The notes under the pieces: generated by a model | Databases searched by the model: none | Told to the model about the DNA's origin: nothing | Seen by the model: the letters and a program-made list of their open reading frames with translations, nothing else | Shown: one piece after another, positions 8,526 through 16,415 of the stretch | Layout of the letters: each line of letters opens with the position of its first letter | How positions within the stretch are numbered: the first letter of the stretch is position 1 | Assembly: GCA_015231345.1 (NCBI GenBank) | Contig: JADGBV010000001.1 | Location: 1 to 39,320 of the forward strand | Source of the DNA: Planctomycetota bacterium | Lineage (GTDB): Bacteria > Planctomycetota > JADGBV01 | Length of the DNA stretch: 39,320 bases | Direction of reading: 5' to 3' | Translations under genes and position numbers: made by a program

Positions 8526-10307
8526 TCATCTGCGACGACTTTTCATTTTGCCGGGAATAGCTCCCTTAACACTGCCTTTTCGGGGACCAGCGCTCGGCTT
8601 GCCTTTCCTATTGCTGGGGCGGGAACGATTATCTCTATCCCTGTCTCTGCGTCCCCTTGAAGGCCTCGATGAGGACTTACTCGTCACCTTCTCTGTTGTT
8701 AATTCAAGCTTCAGTGGGACATTGCGCACTTCAACTTCGGCGATATCTTGAAGGAGGTCACTGGGCATCTCACGAGGTAAGTCGACTGTGCTATAGTCCT
8801 GGAAAAGCCTAATGTCGCCAATATAACGGCCGTCCATGCCTGTCTCGTTGGCTATTGCACCTACAATATCTCCTGGACGGATTTTATGTTTTTTGCCGAT
8901 TTGTATACGGTACCTAGCAAGAGGTACAACATCTTCCAATGCAGGTCCTTGTTTTTTAGCTCCTCTATTGCCTCTTTCAAGAGTTTCAATATGTGATAAT
9001 TTTGGAAAAAGAGGACTGCTTTTTTGAGCTTTATAAGTAAGAGCTGCTGCTACATGCATGATGTCCCAGCCTTTTTTAAGGCAGATATCAGATAATAGTT
9101 CTCCATAGTCCTCTAGGTCATCATTTTTCATGATATGCTCAATTTCCTCAAAGAAACGTTGGACTCTTTGATTCTTGATTTCAGCATTTGTCGGCATTTC
9201 TAGCTGGGAAAGTTTCTGCCTGGTTGCTTTCTCAATGAGGTTAAGCATGTTTTGCTCTCTTGGGGTGGCGAATACGACGCTGACACCTTTGCGGCCGGCG
9301 CGACCCGTTCTGCCGATACGATGGACGTAAGATTCGGTGTCGTAAGGCACATCGTAATTGACGACATGAGTAATGCCATCCACATCTAGTCCCCTGGCTG
9401 CAACATCTGTGGCGACGACTATTTTAAGGAGGCCTTGTTTTAGACGGCTAACGGTGTACTCTCTAAGGTTTTGAGAAAGGTCGCCGTTAAGTGGGGCTAC
9501 GCTGTGCCCTAGGCCTTCAAGGTGCTCGGCTAATTCTACAGTATCTGATTTTGTGCGCACGAAGATGAGCATGCCTTCGTGGTCATTCTTTTCCAGAATG
9601 CGGCTGATGGCATCTTTCTTGTCTCGACGACGAATCATGAGATATTTCTGATCAATGGTTTCCACTGTTGTGGTTCTTGTTTTGATGACAATTTCTGGTG
9701 CGCCGCACAAGTATTTATCTGCAACTCTTTTGATGGGAGGTGGCATTGTAGCTGAAAAGAGAGCGATTTGCGCATTCGTGGGTGTTTCTTCTAGAATAGT
9801 TTCCACATCGTCGATAAAGCCCATGCGAAGCATTTCGTCGGCTTCATCTAAAACGACAGTATCAACTTGGCTAATATCCAGGCTTTTCCTTTTGAGGTGA
9901 TCCAAAACTCTACCTGGTGTGCCCACGACAATTTGCACTTTCTTTTTGAGGTCCCTTAATTGGTCTCGAATATCTTGTCCGCCATAAACAGCTAAGACTT
10001 TCGCTCCATTGATTTTGGCTGCATAAGTGCGCATTGCTTCAGCGACTTGATTGGCCAGCTCTCTTGTAGGAGTCATGACGATGACTTGTACCTTTTTATT
10101 TGAGACATCTAGGCGATTGAGAAGGGGTAAAGCAAATGCTGCGGTTTTTCCCGTTCCAGTTTGAGCTTGGCCTAGGAGGCTGCTGCCTTGAAGCAAAAGA
10201 GGAATACATTGCTCCTGAATGGGCGTGGGGGTTTCGTACCCGAGCTCTTCTAACGTATCTAGAAGAGTTGGGTTGAGACCCAGCGCTGAAAAATTGGATA
10301 ATTCCAT
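8526..10307 (-). CDS. deaD: DEAD-box ATP-dependent RNA helicase (DeaD/CsdA-like) with DbpA-type C-terminal domain and Arg-rich tail
   Basis: Motifs AQTGTGKT, PTRELA, VLDEADEML, SAT and HRIGRTGRAG. I prefer ATG at 10307 (MELSNFSALGL, preceded by aaggaa) to the track's TTG at 10340. Confidence 0.9.
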   Translation of the reverse strand: MELSNFSALGLNPTLLDTLEELGYETPTPIQEQCIPLLLQGSSLLGQAQTGTGKTAAFALPLLNRLDVSNKKVQVIVMTPTRELANQVAEAMRTYAAKINGAKVLAVYGGQDIRDQLRDLKKKVQIVVGTPGRVLDHLKRKSLDISQVDTVVLDEADEMLRMGFIDDVETILEETPTNAQIALFSATMPPPIKRVADKYLCGAPEIVIKTRTTTVETIDQKYLMIRRRDKKDAISRILEKNDHEGMLIFVRTKSDTVELAEHLEGLGHSVAPLNGDLSQNLREYTVSRLKQGLLKIVVATDVAARGLDVDGITHVVNYDVPYDTESYVHRIGRTGRAGRKGVSVVFATPREQNMLNLIEKATRQKLSQLEMPTNAEIKNQRVQRFFEEIEHIMKNDDLEDYGELLSDICLKKGWDIMHVAAALTYKAQKSSPLFPKLSHIETLERGNRGAKKQGPALEDVVPLARYRIQIGKKHKIRPGDIVGAIANETGMDGRYIGDIRLFQDYSTVDLPREMPSDLLQDIAEVEVRNVPLKLELTTEKVTSKSSSRPSRGRRDRDRDNRSRPSNRKGKPSAGPRKGSVKGAIPGKMKSRRR

Positions 10308-10413
10308 GATATTCCTTAAATGTGTGGATTGCCTGAGCAATCGAATGAAGGGGGGACTATACGGAAATCCCGATCTTTAAAGTCAATAAGGGGATTAGAG
10401 ACGTTTTAGGAAA

Positions 10414-10887
10414 TTAGCCCAATAAACCGTGGCAGCATTTTTTGTATTTTTTGCCACTTCCGCAAGGGCAAGGATCGTTGCGGTTTAGGCGTTGACCAGG
10501 CCTTTTGATGGTAGTGCTTTTCTTTTGGAATTTCATGGCTTTAAGGTAAAGAGCACACTCCTCTCCATTTGCCAAGCGCCCTTTGTTCTGAAGATCCATA
10601 AGGAAATCTGCGCATAAGTGAGGCACATGCTCCTGTAGTGAATCTGGTATTTCCAGTTTACCTAGAGACTGCAGGGCTTTTGCTAAGGAGGTTAATTCAA
10701 GCTCATTTAAGCTTCCGCCATGCTCCAAGGCGCTTTGAAAAAATAAGCAAAGGAGTTGAGGGGTGTATTCTTTGATGAGAGTGGGATAAGCGCTTAAAAA
10801 ATCCGAATGATAGAAGTCTCCTACCCAGTTTTCTATTTGCTCTTTTTGGTAATCCATCAGCTCATTACACGGGCAGAACTCATTCAT
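10414..10887 (-). CDS. SEC-C motif (SecA C-terminal-type zinc-binding) domain protein; N-terminal domain unassigned
   Basis: C-terminal [21 protein letters not shown] at 10887 lies immediately after the track's TTG at 10890. Confidence 0.75.
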   Translation of the reverse strand: MNEFCPCNELMDYQKEQIENWVGDFYHSDFLSAYPTLIKEYTPQLLCLFFQSALEHGGSLNELELTSLAKALQSLGKLEIPDSLQEHVPHLCADFLMDLQNKGRLANGEECALYLKAMKFQKKSTTIKRPGQRLNRNDPCPCGSGKKYKKCCHGLLG

Positions 10888-10973
10888 CAAGACGAATCAG
10901 GACTTACAGGCTTGTCTGTATCTGCTTCTCAATAAGCTGCCCATTTATAACTTAAGACTTTTTACAGAATTTC

Positions 10974-11843
10974 ATGGCCAAAACCCGCCCTAACGAACCC
11001 TGCCCCTGCGGGAGTGGCAAAAAGTATAAGAAGTGTTGTGCTAAAGCGCCTATTTTGAAAAATAAACACTTTGGTTATAGGAAGAAAGATAATATCAAAA
11101 ATGAAAAGGATATTATTGGCATGAGGACGGCTTGTTCTTTTAATGCTCAACTTATGCGCTATATCCGCCCTCATATTCAGGCGGGCATTTCAACCGAAGA
11201 GATTAATACTCTTGTTCACGACTACACTCTTGCCCACGGTCATATCCCTGCTCCTCTCAATTACCACGGTTTTCCAAAATCCGTGTGTACTTCTCTAAAT
11301 CATGTTGTGTGTCATGGGATTCCATGCAAAGAAGATATCCTTAAAAATGGCGATATTATTAATGTGGATGTGACCACGATTGTTGATGGGTATCACGGTG
11401 ATCAAAGTGAGACCTTTTATGTTGGCACAGATATAAGCGATGACGCAAAATTGGTGACCGAAACTTCTCGTCGTTCCTTAGAAATTGGCATAGAAAACGT
11501 GAAGCCTGGGAGGAAACTCATTGATGTATGTGGTGCCATAGAAGACTTTGTTCTGGGTGAAGGTTGCAGCGTGGTGAGAGATTTTACCGGTCACGGTATT
11601 GGCCTAAAATTTCACGAAGAGCCTCAAGTTCCGCATTACCGAACGGCTTCCATCCGCAATGTGGTGCTTCAGCCAGGTATGACCTTTACGATTGAACCCA
11701 TGGTCAATATTGGCGATTGGAGAATAAAAATACTGGAAGATAAATGGACTGCCGTCACTGCTGATGGTTCTTTGTCGGCTCAATTTGAACACACTCTTTT
11801 GGTGACTGAAGATGGCGTGGAGGTCCTTACAGCGACAGAGTAG
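10974..11843 (+). CDS. map: Type I methionine aminopeptidase with N-terminal SEC-C zinc-binding extension
   Basis: N-terminal [16 protein letters not shown]. MetAP core with metal ligands: DVTTIVDGYHGD, HGIG, TIEP and FEHT. Confidence 0.9.
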   Translation: MAKTRPNEPCPCGSGKKYKKCCAKAPILKNKHFGYRKKDNIKNEKDIIGMRTACSFNAQLMRYIRPHIQAGISTEEINTLVHDYTLAHGHIPAPLNYHGFPKSVCTSLNHVVCHGIPCKEDILKNGDIINVDVTTIVDGYHGDQSETFYVGTDISDDAKLVTETSRRSLEIGIENVKPGRKLIDVCGAIEDFVLGEGCSVVRDFTGHGIGLKFHEEPQVPHYRTASIRNVVLQPGMTFTIEPMVNIGDWRIKILEDKWTAVTADGSLSAQFEHTLLVTEDGVEVLTATE

Positions 11844-11975
11844 CTCGGATACTGGAGGTTTCTGCTGAGTCTTCTTATTGAGTATTATTGGGCTTATCTT
11901 GGGCTGCCTTTAAGCAAAGTAGCTGGTTGCATTTCAGATTTTTTTCCTTTTGCTTTATCTGAAATCATTCTGCAG

Positions 11976-12866
11976 GTGTGTTTGTTGGGCAGCTTATGTT
12001 TGCTTCTAAGCTTTGCTCCATTCTCCAAAGCCTACTTTATGGGTATAAGGAGTTGCATAAAAATAAGGCGATTGTTGCTTTTGTGCCCTGTAGTGCTGCT
12101 TCTCATGGTGTCTTCGCAGGGGGTGACTCCCGTTGATTTAGTGCCTAGTGCATATCGTTTGCGGCCCTCAGTTGCTCTCAAGGGGCCAAGTGTGGAAAGC
12201 GATAAACTGCAAGTTTTTTTGGCTGAGCAAGAAAAGCAACTGCATGATTCTTTTTCTGCCGAAGCGTATCATAATCTGCCTGAGTGGCCTAACCTGGCTC
12301 AACTAGAGCTCGCCATCGGCGCAGCCTTGAAACACTTATCTTATCCTAAAGGGCGAGAAGTTAGGCGCGTAAAAAAACTATGGGGCCTAACCCGGCTGAT
12401 GGGTTTGGCTTACGGAGGGCCAGCTTATCACGATGTCATCAGTGCTGAGGTCGTGGTTGCCAGTCACGAGGATCTCCCTAGCTCAAAATTCTGGAAATGG
12501 ACCTGCGTCGCTCATGAGGTGGTTCATGCCCAGGGCTTTACTCGTGAGATGGATACGGAAATCATCACTTGGCTTGCTTTTTACTTAAGCACTGACCCCA
12601 TGAAGCAGAATTTTGCTCGCATGATGCTTTTGCAGAAGAGTGGCCAGGAATTTCAATGGCCAGCGGAGTTGCTGGGTGAATTCAAGAGAGTTCGTGAGGA
12701 ACGAAAGAAAGTGCAGGCAGAACAATGGCTGGTCAGCTTTTTTAGGACTCTAGGTGAAAGCAGCGGTGTGCAGAACAGCGGCGCTAAATATGGCACGGTC
12801 TCAAAGGGTAAAAAGATCCCTGAGGATCATGAGTTTTTCCGCTCGGTCTATAAAATGGCACATTGA
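11976..12866 (+). CDS. Membrane-associated HExxH putative zinc metallopeptidase (DUF3810-like); 5' end uncertain
   Basis: CVAHEVVHAQGFTREMDTEIITWLAFYLS resembles the DUF3810 HExxH...E block. Two N-terminal hydrophobic segments. The frame stays open upstream to 11844 with family-like residues but no canonical start (see findings). Confidence 0.6.
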   Translation: MCLLGSLCLLLSFAPFSKAYFMGIRSCIKIRRLLLLCPVVLLLMVSSQGVTPVDLVPSAYRLRPSVALKGPSVESDKLQVFLAEQEKQLHDSFSAEAYHNLPEWPNLAQLELAIGAALKHLSYPKGREVRRVKKLWGLTRLMGLAYGGPAYHDVISAEVVVASHEDLPSSKFWKWTCVAHEVVHAQGFTREMDTEIITWLAFYLSTDPMKQNFARMMLLQKSGQEFQWPAELLGEFKRVREERKKVQAEQWLVSFFRTLGESSGVQNSGAKYGTVSKGKKIPEDHEFFRSVYKMAH

Positions 12867-12918
12867 TTTTCTGCTGATTGCGTGCTAGCCTTTCAGTATC
12901 GGCCTTTTCCCTGCCCCT

Positions 12919-12990
12919 GCCTCTGCCTCTGTCTCAGCTTCTGCTTTCCCTTCAGCCTCTGCCTCTGTCTCAGCTTCTGCTTTTCCTTAA
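12919..12990 (+). repeat. 36-bp tandem direct repeat x2 (plus a degenerate third unit) in a pyrimidine-rich intergenic tract
   Basis: gcctctgcctctgtctcagcttctgctttcccttca (12919-12954) and gcctctgcctctgtctcagcttctgcttttccttaa (12955-12990) differ at 2 positions. Confidence 0.85.
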
Positions 12991-13135
12991 GCCTCCACCT
13001 CTCTGCTCCTCCACTTTGACTTCCATTTCTGCTTCTGTTGCGGCGAATGGATTCGCTTCTTTCTGGGGTTTGACTATTCTCCTTTCCAGTAAACTAGCGC
13101 TCTTGAATTTGTATTCTCAAGTCTAATAGAATTTA

Positions 13136-14590
13136 ATGAGCGAAGTCCGTACCCGAATAGCCCCTAGTCCAACGGGAGCTCCCCATATAGGCACGGCATA
13201 TATTGCTCTCCACAATTTGGCTTTTGCCAAGAATAAAGGCGGGAAATTCATCCTCCGCATTGAAGACACAGACCAAGTTCGTTCCACGAAAGCCTCCGAA
13301 GAGCAAATATTAGATTCTCTTAAATGGATGGGCTTGGAATGGGACGAGGGGCCTGACGTAGGAGGGGAGTTTGGCCCTTATCGCCAATCTGAACGTCTCG
13401 ATTTATACAAAGAATCTGCCTTTGAATTGGTCGAGAAAGGCAAAGCATACCCATGCTTTTGCAATAAAGAAAGACTAGATGCACTCCGTGCTGAACAAAT
13501 GGCAAATAAGCAGAATCCAGGCTATGATGGCTTTTGTCGTGATATCAAGCCTGAAGAAGCAAAAGAAAGAATGGCTAAGGGAGAGGCCTATGTGATCCGC
13601 TTGCTCGTGAATAAAGAAGGCGAAACTAAGTTTTTTGATGCCGTAAGGAATCAGGATATTAGCTTTAATAATGCAGAAGTGGATGACCAAGTTCTCCTGA
13701 AAACTGATGGTTTTCCCACATATCACCTTGCTAACGTTGTGGACGATCATGCCATGAAAATCACTCATGTTTTAAGGGGTGAAGAATGGATCTCTTCAAC
13801 ACCTAAACATGTCATGTTGTACGAAGCTTTTGGCTGGAAAGCCCCTGAGTTTATGCATTTGCCATTGTTGCGTAATACGGATAAATCGAAAATCTCTAAA
13901 AGAAAGAACCCCACATCTCTCACTTGGTTTATGGCCAATGGCTACTGCAAGGCGAGCTTACAAAATTTCCTTGCTCTAATGGGTTATTCTATGAGCGGCG
14001 ATAGGGAAATATTCTCCCTTACCGAGCTTATTAAAGAGTATGATCCAAGCCGTATTTCAACGAGTGCGCCTATTTTTGACTTCACAAAGCTAGATCGTTT
14101 CAATTCACAGTACATCATGGAGTTTTCTCAAGATGAATTTGCGGACTATCAGGCAGAGGCTGATCGATGCCTCATCGAATACATTAAGGCTTTACTGCCC
14201 CATGTGCTCCAACGTATTAAATCCCGCTCAGATCTCGATTATTGGACTGGTTTTCTCTTCGAAAGAGAGCTTGCCTACGAGAGTAACTCCTTCCGCATTA
14301 AGAAACTCAATCAAGAACAAGCCCAAAAGCTTTTAAAAGCTTTGGCAAAAGAAATGGGTCGCTCTCGCCCGGTGAAGGCAGATGATTATAAAGAAGTTAT
14401 CGCCAAAGTGGCTTCTGACTTAGAGTTACCCGCAGCCTCCGCTTTTATGTTGAGTCGTATTTCTCTCATGAAAAGAAAAGATAGTTTACCTTTAGCTGAA
14501 GTGATGGAATTTCTCGGAGCAGATATTTGCACTAAGCGGCTTAAAGAAGCCGGAGCTTTTATTAAAGGAAATTGGCCTCAAAGCAAGTAA
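13136..14590 (+). CDS. gltX: Glutamate--tRNA ligase
   Basis: RIAPSPTGAPHIGTAY (HIGH-type motif), ILRIEDTD and KISKRK (KMSKS-type motif). Length and layout are typical of bacterial GluRS. Confidence 0.95.
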   Translation: MSEVRTRIAPSPTGAPHIGTAYIALHNLAFAKNKGGKFILRIEDTDQVRSTKASEEQILDSLKWMGLEWDEGPDVGGEFGPYRQSERLDLYKESAFELVEKGKAYPCFCNKERLDALRAEQMANKQNPGYDGFCRDIKPEEAKERMAKGEAYVIRLLVNKEGETKFFDAVRNQDISFNNAEVDDQVLLKTDGFPTYHLANVVDDHAMKITHVLRGEEWISSTPKHVMLYEAFGWKAPEFMHLPLLRNTDKSKISKRKNPTSLTWFMANGYCKASLQNFLALMGYSMSGDREIFSLTELIKEYDPSRISTSAPIFDFTKLDRFNSQYIMEFSQDEFADYQAEADRCLIEYIKALLPHVLQRIKSRSDLDYWTGFLFERELAYESNSFRIKKLNQEQAQKLLKALAKEMGRSRPVKADDYKEVIAKVASDLELPAASAFMLSRISLMKRKDSLPLAEVMEFLGADICTKRLKEAGAFIKGNWPQSK

Positions 14591-14595
14591 TACCT

Positions 14596-15615
14596 ATGAA
14601 AGACCTCTTTAATGTCAGTTTACTTTTATTTGCACTGATTTTAGGGTGTCTGACTCCCTCATTTGGCGAAAGCTATAATGCCGCCAGTGTTGCTATTCTC
14701 GATGCCAATACGGGCACTTATCTTTATCGCAAAAATAGTCGTACAGCTCGGGCTCCAGCGAGCACCATAAAAGTCCTGACGGCGTTAACGGCATGGTATC
14801 AAGTTGTCGATAAAACTCAATACACAACTATCTCAAAGCATGCTTCAAGTATGCAGCCCACCAAGGCAGGTTTAAGGCCTGGTGAGCAATACCGCCTTAT
14901 TGATTTAATAAAAGCATGTTTGGTTGGATCTTGTAATGATGCTGCAGCTGCAGTCGGTGAAGCTGTGAGTGGTTCTGAATCTAAATTTGCTCAGGCGATG
15001 AAAACGCAGGCAAAAAGACTTGGGGCGACTCGTACTGTTACGACAAATGCTTCTGGTTTGCCATCGCCAAGTGGTATGGTCTCAACTTGTGAGGATAGCT
15101 TGCTTTTTATTAGAGCTTTGCGTAAGGTGCCTGAGCTGAATAAAATGATGGGGGTGAGTAGTTTTAAATTGCTGAGTCGCAAAGGTCGCTCCATGACTAT
15201 TTCTAATCACAATCGTCTTTTAAAAGGATTCACCTATTCAGTACGTGGCAAAACGGGTTATACGCGTTTGGCGCGTCATTGTTTTTTGTCCTGGGCTGAA
15301 TACAAAGGCCGAACTGTTTATGTGAGTATTTTAGGCGCAGCTAACCGTGATCGGCTGTGGAGTGATGTGCGAAATTCCTATATCAATCAATTCCAAAAAA
15401 GCCAATCATACTTTCCTAGCTATATGAAGAAAAATAACATTTCCCTGGCCACTTTGCATGCGGCTCTCAAACGAGCAGGTTGTGCTGTTGCTGCAGGAGA
15501 AAAGTATTACGGTTTGAGCACAAAAGAGCAGGTAAAAAGATTTCAAAGAATTAAAAAGCTAACAGTTGATGGCATTATTGGGCCACAGACGTGGGGCATT
15601 TTGAAGAAATTCTAA
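14596..15615 (+). CDS. D-alanyl-D-alanine carboxypeptidase (peptidase S11) with C-terminal peptidoglycan-binding domain
   Basis: SxxK (ASTIK), SxN (GSCND) and KTG (GKTGYT) motifs. Signal/TM segment LFNVSLLLFALILGCL. C-terminal PG_binding_1-like LTVDGIIGPQTWGIL. I prefer ATG 14596 to the track start 14572, which overlaps gltX. Confidence 0.85.
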   Translation: MKDLFNVSLLLFALILGCLTPSFGESYNAASVAILDANTGTYLYRKNSRTARAPASTIKVLTALTAWYQVVDKTQYTTISKHASSMQPTKAGLRPGEQYRLIDLIKACLVGSCNDAAAAVGEAVSGSESKFAQAMKTQAKRLGATRTVTTNASGLPSPSGMVSTCEDSLLFIRALRKVPELNKMMGVSSFKLLSRKGRSMTISNHNRLLKGFTYSVRGKTGYTRLARHCFLSWAEYKGRTVYVSILGAANRDRLWSDVRNSYINQFQKSQSYFPSYMKKNNISLATLHAALKRAGCAVAAGEKYYGLSTKEQVKRFQRIKKLTVDGIIGPQTWGILKKF

Positions 15616-15719
15616 TGAAAATTGTCTCTTCAGATAAATCATACGCGTCTTTGCCCTTTAACTTTCGTATTGTTCGTTATATGCACCCCTTAGTTTATTC
15701 CTCTTAAACCTCAACATCC

Positions 15720-16370
15720 ATGGCCAAAGGCAGAAGAATTGAATACCGTAGTTTTGAAAGTGCTAGGGAATTTGCCCGAGCTCTTTGCCTACGCAATAAA
15801 GACGAATGGACTCGATATGCCAAAGGTGAGTTAGAAGATAAAGAAGCAAAACCCAAAGATATTCCTTCTCGTGTAGACAAAATCTACAAAGGTAAGGGCT
15901 GGTGCGGTTTTGATGATTTCCTCGGCACTTCAAAAGTTAAAGAGCTGCGTAAAAATTATCGTAGTTTTGAACAGGCACGTGCTTTTGTACGTTCTTTGAG
16001 ACTTGTTAAGGATGAGGACTGGCAAGCTTTTATTCAAGGAAAAATGTCAGAGAAAGGGAAACTTCCCCCTGATATTCCTTCGAACCCCGAAGTTGTTTAT
16101 CGAGGAAAAGGCTGGCTGAATTATACGGATTGGATTAGCGATCATTATCAACCTGTTGTTATTGAGCATAGGGATTTTGAAAAAGCTCGTGAATTTGTCA
16201 TGAAGTTGGATTTAAAAAGTATTCATGAATGGGAAGCTTACCGAAATGGAGATAAACCTGACTTGGAACCATGCCCAGAAGATATTCCCGTATGGCCCCC
16301 TCATTCATATAAAGACAAAGGTTGGATCAGTTGGTCAAATTGGTTTGGTCTTAAGTTCGGAAAAGAGTAA
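15720..16370 (+). CDS. Protein made only of three ~70-aa 'integrase-repeat'-like modules; function unknown
   Basis: Three tandem units share the pattern YRSFExAREFxxxLxL....EW..y..G......P.DIPs.P...Y+GKGW....D(F/W). They begin IEYRSFESAREF..., KNYRSFEQARAF... and IEHRDFEKAREF... Confidence 0.7.
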   Translation: MAKGRRIEYRSFESAREFARALCLRNKDEWTRYAKGELEDKEAKPKDIPSRVDKIYKGKGWCGFDDFLGTSKVKELRKNYRSFEQARAFVRSLRLVKDEDWQAFIQGKMSEKGKLPPDIPSNPEVVYRGKGWLNYTDWISDHYQPVVIEHRDFEKAREFVMKLDLKSIHEWEAYRNGDKPDLEPCPEDIPVWPPHSYKDKGWISWSNWFGLKFGKE

Positions 16371-16415
16371 ATAAAATACTTTATTAACCATGCGATTGTT
16401 TCGCTCTTTTAAGAG

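Noticed and set aside
12919-12990. Possible CRISPR array, because of the 36-bp repeat length
   Set aside because: The units are directly abutting with no spacers. There are only about 2.5 copies, no palindromic core and no cas genes in the window.
12878-13126. 82-aa ORF (MRASLSVSAFSLPLPLPLSQLLL...) across the CT-rich repeat tract
   Set aside because: Its composition is dictated by the pyrimidine repeat (Leu/Pro/Ser only). It has a TTG start, no SD and no domain-like sequence. I treat it as a repeat region rather than a gene.
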